A stretch of 64,000 nucleotides of DNA from Candidatus Cloacimonadales bacterium (GTDB lineage: Bacteria; Cloacimonadota; Cloacimonadia; Cloacimonadales; DAONDQ01), in contig OY759316.1 of NCBI GenBank assembly GCA_963662275.1, forward strand, positions 3,360,001 through 3,424,000, given 5' to 3'. Positions 20,721 to 29,863 of this stretch are shown piece by piece. A program made the translations under genes and the position numbers. Position 1 is the stretch's first letter, and each line of letters starts with the position of its first letter. The notes beneath the pieces were generated by a model. It ran no database searches. It worked only from the letters and a program-made list of their open reading frames with translations, and was not told the DNA's origin.

Positions 20721-22391
20721 ATGAGTATTTATCACGTTTTAGGTCATAAAAATCCTGACACTGACACAATCTGTGCCGCCTATTGTTATGCATGGTTCAA
20801 GAAACAGCTACACCCGGAAAATGAATATATTTCCGGGATATGCGGAACACCTAATGAGACCACGGATTATGTGTTCCAAAGATTTGGAGTTGATTTACCG
20901 GACTTTATCAAAGATCTGCACCCCAGGGTTGAAGATGTCATGCTGACTGATATCATCACAATTTCTGAGAATGAGCCAGTTTTGAACGCAATTAAAAGAT
21001 TCGAAGAAAAGCATGTTCGTACACTTCCCGTTTTACATGAGGATAAAAGCTATTTGGGTGCACTTAGTATTTGGGAAATGGCTGAGTTTTTTATGGCAAG
21101 AGACTTTGCAAAGCGTCCCGATTATCTATTTCGACCGGAGAATTTCGAGAAAGTACTGCCAGGTCGTTTTTTAAAGCGCGGCAGCAACATGGAATTTGAA
21201 ACATCCCTTATGGTCGGAGCCATGTCCTATCATACATTTTTGATACGTCTGCACAAAGCTGTGTCTGTTGAGCATAATGATACAATATATCCTATCATCG
21301 TAGTCGGTGACAGGTTGGAAGTCGTGGAATATGCCTTGCACCTGCCATTTCCTGCAATCATACTAACTGGATATTCTAAGGAAGATACTCTTCCCTTCGA
21401 TATCAGTCATTTCAAAGGTTGGATTTTTATATCTGAAGCGGATACCTCAGAGACGATTCGTCTTTTACGAACCAGTATCCCTGTGAAAGCGATTGCTAAT
21501 CGCGACTTGCCATTAATGAAGCGAACGGACTTATTAAGAACAGCTAAGGAAATGCTGAAAACTACAAATTATCGCGGTTTGCCTGTTGTGGAAGATTCTC
21601 GTTTATATGGACTTGTCAATTCATCGGCACTCGTCGATCCTCCTGAGAAGAAAGTGATTATGGTTGATCATAATGAATTTTCTCAGTCGGTGGATGGGAT
21701 AGAAAATGCTGAAATTTGTGAAATCATAGACCATCATCGTATCAATATTATGAAAACGACAAATCCTATCTATATTTATGCAAAACCTTTAGGAAGTACA
21801 TGTACTTTGGTTTATCAGCATTACTTATCCTATCAGATAGAGATACCTCCCCATATTGCAGCCTTATTATTAGCAGGTATCTTAGCTGATACTGTCATAT
21901 TGAAATCTCCCACATCCACACCCGAAGATGTATCAGCAGCAGAACAACTGGCATTGATTGCCGGTTTGGATTTTACCGAATTCGGAAAGGATATTTTCTC
22001 ACATACACCCAATCTTACCAATACAGATGCAGTTCAGGTCATTAATGAAGACTTGAAGATCTATCCTGAATTCGGAATCAGGGTAGGCATATCGCAAGTG
22101 GAAGTTGTCACACTCTCGGACTTAGACGAAGTCAAGGATAGATTCCTGGATGCTTTGGAAAAATCCCGATATGAATTGAACGTCCAGTGGCTGATGTTGT
22201 TGGTTACAAATATTCTTTCAGAAGAAAGCTATCTATTCAGTTCCATTTTCCCAAACGGGGAAAAATATCTGCTTTATGAAAAGAGTAGTGATCGAGTCTA
22301 TCACTTACCCGGCATTTTATCAAGAAAGAAGCAGCTCTTACCAGAAGTGTTACGTGTACTTGAAAAATGGAGCAAGGAAACGCCTCTTTAA
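20721..22391 (+). CDS. ppaC: Family II Mn-dependent inorganic pyrophosphatase with CBS-DRTGG-CBS insert
   Basis: GHKNPDTDT, VDHNE, IIDHH, GSTCT, SRKKQLLP; about 250-aa regulatory insert. Confidence 0.93.
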   Translation: MSIYHVLGHKNPDTDTICAAYCYAWFKKQLHPENEYISGICGTPNETTDYVFQRFGVDLPDFIKDLHPRVEDVMLTDIITISENEPVLNAIKRFEEKHVRTLPVLHEDKSYLGALSIWEMAEFFMARDFAKRPDYLFRPENFEKVLPGRFLKRGSNMEFETSLMVGAMSYHTFLIRLHKAVSVEHNDTIYPIIVVGDRLEVVEYALHLPFPAIILTGYSKEDTLPFDISHFKGWIFISEADTSETIRLLRTSIPVKAIANRDLPLMKRTDLLRTAKEMLKTTNYRGLPVVEDSRLYGLVNSSALVDPPEKKVIMVDHNEFSQSVDGIENAEICEIIDHHRINIMKTTNPIYIYAKPLGSTCTLVYQHYLSYQIEIPPHIAALLLAGILADTVILKSPTSTPEDVSAAEQLALIAGLDFTEFGKDIFSHTPNLTNTDAVQVINEDLKIYPEFGIRVGISQVEVVTLSDLDEVKDRFLDALEKSRYELNVQWLMLLVTNILSEESYLFSSIFPNGEKYLLYEKSSDRVYHLPGILSRKKQLLPEVLRVLEKWSKETPL

Positions 22392-22520
22392 GGATATCAA
22401 TTCGCCTTATTCAGGAATTTAGTTTATACTATATAAATCAGAGACATATAATTTTATAGAAGATCATTGACACACTAAAAATAAATTACATAGTTACTTT
22501 ATATATCGTAGGAGGAATTT

Positions 22521-24824
22521 ATGAACCCTATCCAAGTAATATTCATGATAGCCCCAGTCGGTGCTGCACTAGGATTGGTCTTCGCATACATTTTCTTTGT
22601 TATGATGAATAAATCACCGGAAGGAAATGATCGGATGAAAGAGATTGCGGCTTATGTGAGAGAAGGAGCGAAAGCATATCTTACACAGCAATACAAAGTC
22701 GTTTCGATTTTCTTTGCTTGCGCGTTTATATTCTTTTCCATCTTAGCTTATGTTCTGCATGTCCAAAGTGCCTGGACACCAATTGCTTTCTTAACGGGTG
22801 GTTTCTTCAGCGGTCTCTCCGGTTTCCTAGGCATGAATACGGCTACGTTGGCTTCCAATAGAACGACGGAAGCTTGTCGCCACAGCCTGAATGCCGGACT
22901 GAAAGTCGCATTCCGTTCCGGTGCTGTAATGGGACTCGTTGTTGTTGGTTTGGGACTATTGGATATTTCTATATGGTTTGTGATATTGAATAAAGTAATG
23001 AATGGACATATAACAGGTCCGTTTGCTGTGAAGAACCTGGCTGAAATTACGATCATTATGCTGACATTTGGAATGGGAGCATCTTTCCAGGCATTATTCG
23101 CACGTGTTGGCGGTGGTATTTTTACAAAAGCTGCTGATGTCGGTGCTGACCTGGTTGGCAAGATCGAAGCCGGTATTCCTGAAGATGACCCTCGCAACCC
23201 AGCCACTATTGCTGATAATGTTGGCGATAATGTCGGTGACGTTGCCGGTATGGGTGCTGATCTTTATGAATCTTACTGCGGTGCGATTCTCTCAACAGCT
23301 ACTTTGGGAGCTTCAGCATTTGCCGTCGTTAATACTGCATTACAAATGCCTTCGGTTATCCTACCCATGGCAATTGCCGGAGTTGGTGTTGTAGCTTCAA
23401 TTATTGGAATTTTCATTGTCCGCAGTAATGAAAATGCTTCCCAGCTTCAACTGCTTAAATCACTGAGCCATGGTGTTAATCTCAGTTCTTTAATTATCAT
23501 CATTGCCTCCTTCTTCTTGGTTAAAGTCCTTCTCCCTGGTTATCTAGGTGTGTTTGGTTCCATTTTATCCGGCTTGTTAGCAGGTATCATTATTGGCAAA
23601 TCCACAGAATATTATACATCAAGTGATTATAAGCCAACAAAAGAAATAGCAGACCAGGCTTTAACTGGTCCAGCTACAGTGATCATCAGCGGTGTGTCAA
23701 CCGGTATGCTTTCCACTGGTATACCTGTGCTAACAGTTAGTGCCGCTATTTTACTCAGTTATGGTTTTGGTAATAACTGGCATTTCGGCGACATTGCCAT
23801 GGGTTTATACGGTATTGGTATAGCAGCAGTGGGAATGCTTTCCACCCTTGGAATCACTCTCGCTACAGATGCATATGGTCCAATTGCAGACAATGCAGGC
23901 GGTAACGCCGAGATGAGTGGACTTCCTGAGGAAGTACGTAAGCGTACGGATGCCCTGGATGCCCTGGGTAATACAACTGCTGCAACCGGTAAAGGCTTTG
24001 CCATCGGATCAGCGGCTTTGACTGCAATGGCGTTATTGGCTGCGTATATTGATGAAGTTCGGATCGGATTCGAAAGAATGGGTCGTACCACTTTTGAAGT
24101 TGGTGGACAGGTCATTCAAACTGCAAGTGCAACTATGAGTGATTTTATCAATTATTATGATATTACGTTAATCAATCCCAAAGTCCTGATTGGGTTATTC
24201 ATCGGTTCCATGTCAGCCTTTGTTTTCTGCGCACTTACGATGAAAGCTGTGGGGCGTGCTGCCGGTAAGATGGTGGATGAAGTACGTAGACAATTCAAAG
24301 TCTTTCCTGGTATACTGAAAGGAACCGAAAAACCTGATTATAAGGTCTGCGTTGAGATTTCCACGAAAGCAGCGCAGAAGGAGATGGTACTTCCTTCTCT
24401 TTTAGCTTTGATCATTCCAATTGCTACGGGTTTATTACTCGGCGTTACTGGTGTCATGGGTTTGTTAGCAGGTGCCATGACAGCAGGTTTCACATTAGCA
24501 GTCTTTCTTAATAATGCGGGTGGTGCCTGGGATAATGCGAAAAAGTACATTGAAAGCGGCGTACATGGTGGAAAAGGATCAGCTCCACACACCGCTACCG
24601 TGATCGGGGATACTGTTGGAGATCCGTTTAAGGATACTTCCGGTCCTTCACTGAATATTCTTATCAAGCTGATGAGTATGATCAGTATCGTTGTCGCTGG
24701 CTTAACCGTTAAATATGCCTTGGAATTCAAGAATATCGATTCTGAAACGGTGAAACCCAACACATATCAAACAGAGCAAGCAATGCCATCACCTGTTGAT
24801 GCACCTGTACAGACAGGTAATTGA
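22521..24824 (+). CDS. hppA: K+-dependent membrane pyrophosphatase, Na+ (probably Na+,H+) translocating
   Basis: GGGIFTKAADVGADLVGK, EDDPRNP, DNVGDNVGD, GNTTAA (Ala = K+-dependent), GDTVGDPFKDTSGP. Confidence 0.96.
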   Translation: MNPIQVIFMIAPVGAALGLVFAYIFFVMMNKSPEGNDRMKEIAAYVREGAKAYLTQQYKVVSIFFACAFIFFSILAYVLHVQSAWTPIAFLTGGFFSGLSGFLGMNTATLASNRTTEACRHSLNAGLKVAFRSGAVMGLVVVGLGLLDISIWFVILNKVMNGHITGPFAVKNLAEITIIMLTFGMGASFQALFARVGGGIFTKAADVGADLVGKIEAGIPEDDPRNPATIADNVGDNVGDVAGMGADLYESYCGAILSTATLGASAFAVVNTALQMPSVILPMAIAGVGVVASIIGIFIVRSNENASQLQLLKSLSHGVNLSSLIIIIASFFLVKVLLPGYLGVFGSILSGLLAGIIIGKSTEYYTSSDYKPTKEIADQALTGPATVIISGVSTGMLSTGIPVLTVSAAILLSYGFGNNWHFGDIAMGLYGIGIAAVGMLSTLGITLATDAYGPIADNAGGNAEMSGLPEEVRKRTDALDALGNTTAATGKGFAIGSAALTAMALLAAYIDEVRIGFERMGRTTFEVGGQVIQTASATMSDFINYYDITLINPKVLIGLFIGSMSAFVFCALTMKAVGRAAGKMVDEVRRQFKVFPGILKGTEKPDYKVCVEISTKAAQKEMVLPSLLALIIPIATGLLLGVTGVMGLLAGAMTAGFTLAVFLNNAGGAWDNAKKYIESGVHGGKGSAPHTATVIGDTVGDPFKDTSGPSLNILIKLMSMISIVVAGLTVKYALEFKNIDSETVKPNTYQTEQAMPSPVDAPVQTGN

Positions 24825-24844
24825 TATATCTATATTATGCAATA

Positions 24845-24875
24845 GAACGAGGTCAATGACCTCGTTCCTTTTTTT
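24845..24875 (+). terminator. Intrinsic terminator after hppA
   Basis: GAACGAGGTC-AAT-GACCTCGTTC then T run. Confidence 0.85.
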
Positions 24876-25069
24876 GTCTATAGAAAGATAAATCATATTG
24901 CCAATGTAAAAAAGCAAATACTTCACAACCAGTAAAAACGAAAAAACACTTGACTTGAGATCTATCATATTCCCTAAATTGCTATAAATGATTCGTTAAA
25001 AAATATTCCACATTGCCTTACTTATCAGTTGTGATTAGTGTCAGTACCAAAACAAAGCAAGGGGATTTA

Positions 25070-27217
25070 ATGCGTTTTTGGTTGGTATTTCTATTAATGG
25101 CTACTTCAACATTATTGTTAGGTAATTCACCTGCTCCGGAAAGTATCGTGGAACGTATGCCTAATTTAGTGATGCAACTTGGGATACTTATCTTTGCTGC
25201 CAGGATAGGTGCTTCTATAGTTGAGAAATTTGGTATTCCGGGTGTACTGGGTGAATTGCTGATCGGTATCCTGATAGGTCCATACATGCTTGGATCAATT
25301 CCGATATTGGGTTTTCCAAATGGTCTATTTACCAGTTCAAATACCGCTTTTCCAATTCAACCGGAGCTTTATGGAATAGCGATCATTGCATCTATCATTC
25401 TCCTTTTTCTGACCGGTTTAGAAACAGATTTGAATCTATTGGTTCGATTTTCTGTGGCTGGTATGGTAGTTGGAATCGGTGGTATCATATTTTCCTTTTT
25501 TATCGGTGCCTTTACAGCGATGTATTTCATGCATCTTCCATTAATGGATCCAAAATGTCTATTCTTGGGTATTATGAGTACGGCAACTTCAGTTGGAATC
25601 ACAGCCAGGATTCTTTCAGAAAGAAAAAGGATGGATTCACCGGAAGGTGTGACAATACTAGCTGGGGCTGTGATTGATGATGTACTTGGTGTTGTTCTTT
25701 TAGCAATCGTTCTGGGTGTATCATTAGTGATCAAATCTGGTGGACAGGAAACCCTGAATTGGACCAAGATCATCCTGATTGCTTTTAAGGAAATAGGGAT
25801 TTGGTTGGGAGTCATGATTGTCGGTCTGACGTTTGCCAATCGAATCAGCGGATTTCTGAAAGTATTCAAAGATCGGGGAGTCTTTTCAATCTTAGCATTC
25901 AGCCTTGCTTTGATCATTGCAGGTATTTTTGAAAGAGCTGGCTTAGCTATGATCATTGGTGCATATGTTGTTGGTTTGACTTTATCAAAAACGGAAATAA
26001 GCTTTGCCATCCAGGAAGCCCTCAGTCCTTTGCGTATCTTCTTTGTACCTGTTTTCTTCACAGTCATGGGGATGCTCGTTAATGTAAAAGAACTGCTTAA
26101 ACCCGGAACTCTTGTCTTTGGCTTAGTCTATACTTTGGGTGCAATCCTGGCAAAATTCCTGGGATGTGGGATTCCAGCATTTGCCTTGAAATTTAATATT
26201 ACTGGCGCTGTACGTGTCGGTCTGGGGATGATTCCCCGTGGGGAAGTTGCTCTTATTATTGCTGGAATCGGCTTATCATATGGATTTATCAATGATCCAC
26301 ATTACAATATTTTCTCAATCGGAATCATGATGACCCTGGTTACAACCCTAATCTCTCCTCCATTACTACATAAAATACTGGGAAGTGACAAAATAGGTAT
26401 CAAAAACACAAATATGCTTCCTGAAAAAGAAATCATAACAATTCATTTACTGGATCACGACATTGCAGAATTACTGGTTCATAAGATTCTTATCCAATTC
26501 AAATCTATGGGGTTCTTCATCAACCAGGTGGAACAGGAGTCAGGCATTTTCCAGATACGCCGCCAGAACACAAATATATCCATGACCCATGACAAAAATG
26601 ATATCACGCTGCAGACTGATCATGAAAATGGACTCTTTGTACAAAGAATGGTTCATGAGGCTGCCTTTTATCTCAAGCAGACAGTTGCTGGGATATTGAA
26701 TATTGAAGACATTCATGCGGTAAATAAGACTGAAATGTATGATAAAGCCACAGAAGACGAAATGGAAAGATTACTGGTCAAGGAGCAAATTATTCCCCGA
26801 TTAAAAGCAGAATCCAAAGAGGGTATCATCTGGGAAATGCTGCAGCGTTTGCATGATATCGGGAAGATCAAGGATGTAAAAAAAATCTATTATACCGTGA
26901 TTGAAAGAGAGAAGCATCTAAGCGGTGGTCTGACACATGGGATAGCGATTCCCCATGCTCATACAGATGATGTTTCTGAACCTATGGTTGTCATTGGCAT
27001 GAAACATGAAGGAATGGATTTTAGTTCCATCGATCAAAAACCTTCTTTCCTGATTATCCTGATTCTCACACCTGTCGCAGAAGCCAGTGTTCATATCAGG
27101 GTTCTTTCGAGAATAGGACATTTGAACAGAAATGTGAAGCATCTAAGCGATTTACTGGTGAATGAAAACCCTACTGCCATCCGTAATTATATTCTACAGC
27201 ATAGCCAAGGGGAATGA
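25070..27217 (+). CDS. CPA2-family cation/proton antiporter fused to C-terminal PTS EIIA domain
   Basis: LGELLIGILIGP, LFLTGLET, GAVIDDVLG, GMIPRGEVAL; EIIA EREKH...GIAIPHA. Confidence 0.9.
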   Translation: MRFWLVFLLMATSTLLLGNSPAPESIVERMPNLVMQLGILIFAARIGASIVEKFGIPGVLGELLIGILIGPYMLGSIPILGFPNGLFTSSNTAFPIQPELYGIAIIASIILLFLTGLETDLNLLVRFSVAGMVVGIGGIIFSFFIGAFTAMYFMHLPLMDPKCLFLGIMSTATSVGITARILSERKRMDSPEGVTILAGAVIDDVLGVVLLAIVLGVSLVIKSGGQETLNWTKIILIAFKEIGIWLGVMIVGLTFANRISGFLKVFKDRGVFSILAFSLALIIAGIFERAGLAMIIGAYVVGLTLSKTEISFAIQEALSPLRIFFVPVFFTVMGMLVNVKELLKPGTLVFGLVYTLGAILAKFLGCGIPAFALKFNITGAVRVGLGMIPRGEVALIIAGIGLSYGFINDPHYNIFSIGIMMTLVTTLISPPLLHKILGSDKIGIKNTNMLPEKEIITIHLLDHDIAELLVHKILIQFKSMGFFINQVEQESGIFQIRRQNTNISMTHDKNDITLQTDHENGLFVQRMVHEAAFYLKQTVAGILNIEDIHAVNKTEMYDKATEDEMERLLVKEQIIPRLKAESKEGIIWEMLQRLHDIGKIKDVKKIYYTVIEREKHLSGGLTHGIAIPHAHTDDVSEPMVVIGMKHEGMDFSSIDQKPSFLIILILTPVAEASVHIRVLSRIGHLNRNVKHLSDLLVNENPTAIRNYILQHSQGE

Positions 27218-27247
27218 AATACATATATACTTAACGTGGGTGCTACG

Positions 27248-27271
27248 GTGGAGTAGGATTCCGATCCTACT
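27248..27271 (+). repeat. 24-bp REP-like unit (GTRRAG family)
   Basis: GTGGAGTAGGATTCCGATCCTACT; same family as 29409 and 35912 arrays. Confidence 0.7.
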
Positions 27272-27304
27272 GAACTCCTTGATTCAAATTTAATACAATA
27301 GAGC

Positions 27305-27376
27305 GTAGGGGTCCGCGTCAGCAGACCCTTCCTGAAAATTTGTACTGTATAAGGGTCTGCTGACGCGGACCCCTAC
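27305..27376. repeat. GTAG-type REP doublet (REPIN-like), perfect 26-bp inverted repeat
   Basis: GTAGGGGTCCGCGTCAGCAGACCCTT at 27305-27330, exact inverse at 27351-27376, between convergent genes. Confidence 0.85.
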
Positions 27377-27381
27377 TTTTT

Positions 27382-29367
27382 TTATTTCGGTGTAACTATC
27401 ATCAGGACATCGCCCTTTCCGACTGAGTCACCTTTCTTTAAAGGAATAGCTTTAATCGTTCCATCACAGGGACTAGCGATGTTATTGTACATCTTCATTG
27501 CTTCCAGTACAAGAACAGTCTCACCATACTTCACAGCATCCCCTTCTTTCTTTTCATAAGAGATGATCATACCTGGCATAGGTGCTGCAATTGTCTGGTC
27601 ATTGCCTGAAACAGCTACTTCAACCTTGGGTTGAACTGGAGCTGCTTCAGTTTTGACAGGTGCAGGCTGCGATGCTGGTTGTTTTGGTTGAGGGGCAGCA
27701 GCAACGGGTCTTGCCACTGTCGGAACACCCTGTTCATTGACTTCAACCTTGAAATATTCACCATCTACAAAGACATCAAAAGTTCTCATATTTTCCGGTT
27801 TTACCGGTGTATCTTTTACGGGCTTATCCATAAGTTTTCCCCCTAGGGCTTTTTCTATTAGTTCTTTCTGTTTTTCAACGAACTCCATAGTAATGGGTTT
27901 CGCATCTTCAGGCACTTCTTCCAAACCATACTTCCATTTGAGGAAGCGTGGACCTGTGACAGGATACAAAGCAACAATCAGTTCATCATCAATATCCTTG
28001 GCAAGACCTTTCACTGATTCCTGGATCGCTTTTAATTCCGGTTCAAGAATGTCTCCTGGTCTGCTGGTGATTGGAGTTTCTCCGCGTGGATAACCCTTCA
28101 ATGCTTTTGCTCTTACTTCTGAATTGATAGGAAGAGTTGTCTCACCATACAAGCCATAGCACAAGTCTTTGACCTGTTCTGTGATTCTTGCATACTCACA
28201 GGGCTTTGTATCGAACAGCACATTATTCACTGTTTGAATACCAACAATCTGGCTAGTGGGAGTTACCAATGGAATCATACCCAGGTCTTTTCTAACCTTC
28301 GGCAAAGTCTCAAACACTTCGTCCAATCTATCTAAAGCATCCATTTGACGCAATTGATTCACAAGATTGGAAAGCATACCACCCGGAGTCTGATGCAGGA
28401 TAACGTTGGTATCTATGATGGAATATTTTGTATTATCAGCAAATTGCAGATATTTAGGAATGACCTTCTCGAGTTCACGATCGATCTTATCCAGCAGCTT
28501 GATATCAATGCCGGTATCACGATTCGTACCGAGTAACGTCACGACCAATGGTTCGATGGCAGCATGGGAAGTACGATATGCATATGGTGCAAGACACGTA
28601 TCAACGATATCCACACCAGCTTCAATCGCTTTCAGGAGAGCGAGATCGCCCATACCCGAAGTGAAATGCGTATGCAGATGAATTGGCACATTCACGGCTT
28701 CTTTTAATGCCCTGATCAGGTTGTAGGCATCGTAAGGGGCTATGATTCCTGCCATATCCTTGATACAGATGGAATCAGCACCCATATCTTCCAGTTTCTT
28801 TGCTCTAGCCACATAATAATCGATGGTATAGATGTCTCCACCCATGCGCATCTCTGTCAGTGAATAGACGATAGAACCCTGGAAATGCTTCTTGTTCTTT
28901 TGGATGATTTTAACGGCAGTTTCAAAGTTACGGAAATCATTCAGTGCATCGAATACTCTGAAAATATCAATGCCATTATCACATGCTCTCTGGACGAATG
29001 TTTCTACAACATCATCCGCATAATTTCTATATCCAACGAGATTTTGACCGCGAAGCAGCATCGAGAACGGTGTGTTTTTGATGTACTTCTTCAAAGTGCG
29101 GATACGTTCCCAAGGATCTTCATTCAAGTAACGGGTCATCGTATCGAAAGTCGCTCCACCCCATACTTCCATGGAATAGAAACCAACCTTGTCCATATCT
29201 TCTGCAACCACGAGCATATCTTCTGTTCTGCCTCGTGTGGCAAAAAGAGACTGATGACCATCACGGAATGTCAGATCTTGAACTTTCACAGGATTTTCAG
29301 CACGTCTGCGATTTGGTGCATACTGCATCTCTGACATCATCAGAACGCCATGATTGTCCAACTTCAT
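27382..29367 (-). CDS. Pyruvate/oxaloacetate carboxyltransferase (PycB/OadA/5S-like) fused to biotinyl carrier domain
   Basis: RDGHQSL, EVWGGATFD, IKDMAG, HLHTH, PGGMLSNL, LVTPTSQIVG; Pro/Ala linker; LEAMKM. Confidence 0.93.
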   Translation of the reverse strand: MKLDNHGVLMMSEMQYAPNRRRAENPVKVQDLTFRDGHQSLFATRGRTEDMLVVAEDMDKVGFYSMEVWGGATFDTMTRYLNEDPWERIRTLKKYIKNTPFSMLLRGQNLVGYRNYADDVVETFVQRACDNGIDIFRVFDALNDFRNFETAVKIIQKNKKHFQGSIVYSLTEMRMGGDIYTIDYYVARAKKLEDMGADSICIKDMAGIIAPYDAYNLIRALKEAVNVPIHLHTHFTSGMGDLALLKAIEAGVDIVDTCLAPYAYRTSHAAIEPLVVTLLGTNRDTGIDIKLLDKIDRELEKVIPKYLQFADNTKYSIIDTNVILHQTPGGMLSNLVNQLRQMDALDRLDEVFETLPKVRKDLGMIPLVTPTSQIVGIQTVNNVLFDTKPCEYARITEQVKDLCYGLYGETTLPINSEVRAKALKGYPRGETPITSRPGDILEPELKAIQESVKGLAKDIDDELIVALYPVTGPRFLKWKYGLEEVPEDAKPITMEFVEKQKELIEKALGGKLMDKPVKDTPVKPENMRTFDVFVDGEYFKVEVNEQGVPTVARPVAAAPQPKQPASQPAPVKTEAAPVQPKVEVAVSGNDQTIAAPMPGMIISYEKKEGDAVKYGETVLVLEAMKMYNNIASPCDGTIKAIPLKKGDSVGKGDVLMIVTPK

Positions 29368-29403
29368 AAATCCTCCATTGATCTATATTTTATCTTTTGA
29401 TTA

Positions 29404-29586
29404 CTCTTGTGGAGTAAGATGCCGATCTTACTGTCTAGTTATTCTCTTGTGGAGTAAGATGCCGATCTTACTGTCTAGTTATTCTCTTGTGGAGTAAGAT
29501 GCCGATCTTACTGTCTAGTTATTCTCTTGTGGAGTAAGATGCCGATCTTACTTTTTCTTCTTGTAGAGTAAGACTACGTTCTTACT
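29404..29586 (+). repeat. Tandem array of GTRRAG-family REP units, 40-bp period
   Basis: GTGGAGTAAGATGCCGATCTTACT at 29409, 29449, 29489, 29529 with identical linkers, diverged fifth at 29563. Confidence 0.9.
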
Positions 29587-29770
29587 ATCTTTTAATTACT
29601 CTTCTTTGAATCAAACTGCGATCTGTCATCTGTGTCTGCCTTCCATACATTGCCCAATACGTGGGTAGTGTCGGTGGAACTGTCTGAATTACTACAGCGT
29701 TATCATTTTCTGCATGAATCAATGCCATGACAGCAGAGATAGCAGCAATTTCTTTCTTCTTATCCATCAT
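29585..29770 (-). CDS. Small accessory subunit of acyl-CoA carboxyltransferase complex (epsilon-like)
   Basis: 61 aa, AAISAVMALI...WAMYGR...R, RBS AGGA, between the two carboxyltransferase genes. Confidence 0.65.
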   Translation of the reverse strand: MMDKKKEIAAISAVMALIHAENDNAVVIQTVPPTLPTYWAMYGRQTQMTDRSLIQRRVIKR

Positions 29771-29781
29771 TCCTACCTGTT

Positions 29782-29834
29782 GTGGAGTAAGATGCCGATC
29801 TTACTGTGTCGTAGAGTAGGACGCCGTTCCTGCT
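29782..29834 (+). repeat. Two GTRRAG-family REP units
   Basis: GTGGAGTAAGATGCCGATCTTACT and GTAGAGTAGGACGCCGTTCCTGCT. Confidence 0.75.
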
Positions 29835-29863
29835 TTTATTCTTCATATTCATTATCTACTTCC

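Noticed and set aside
22748..26067. Long antisense ORFs within hppA and the antiporter (and similar shadows elsewhere)
   Set aside because: Shadow frames of well-supported genes, no motifs
29404..29586. 40-bp palindromic array as mini-CRISPR or guide array
   Set aside because: Linkers are identical and the unit occurs singly elsewhere, as expected for a REP
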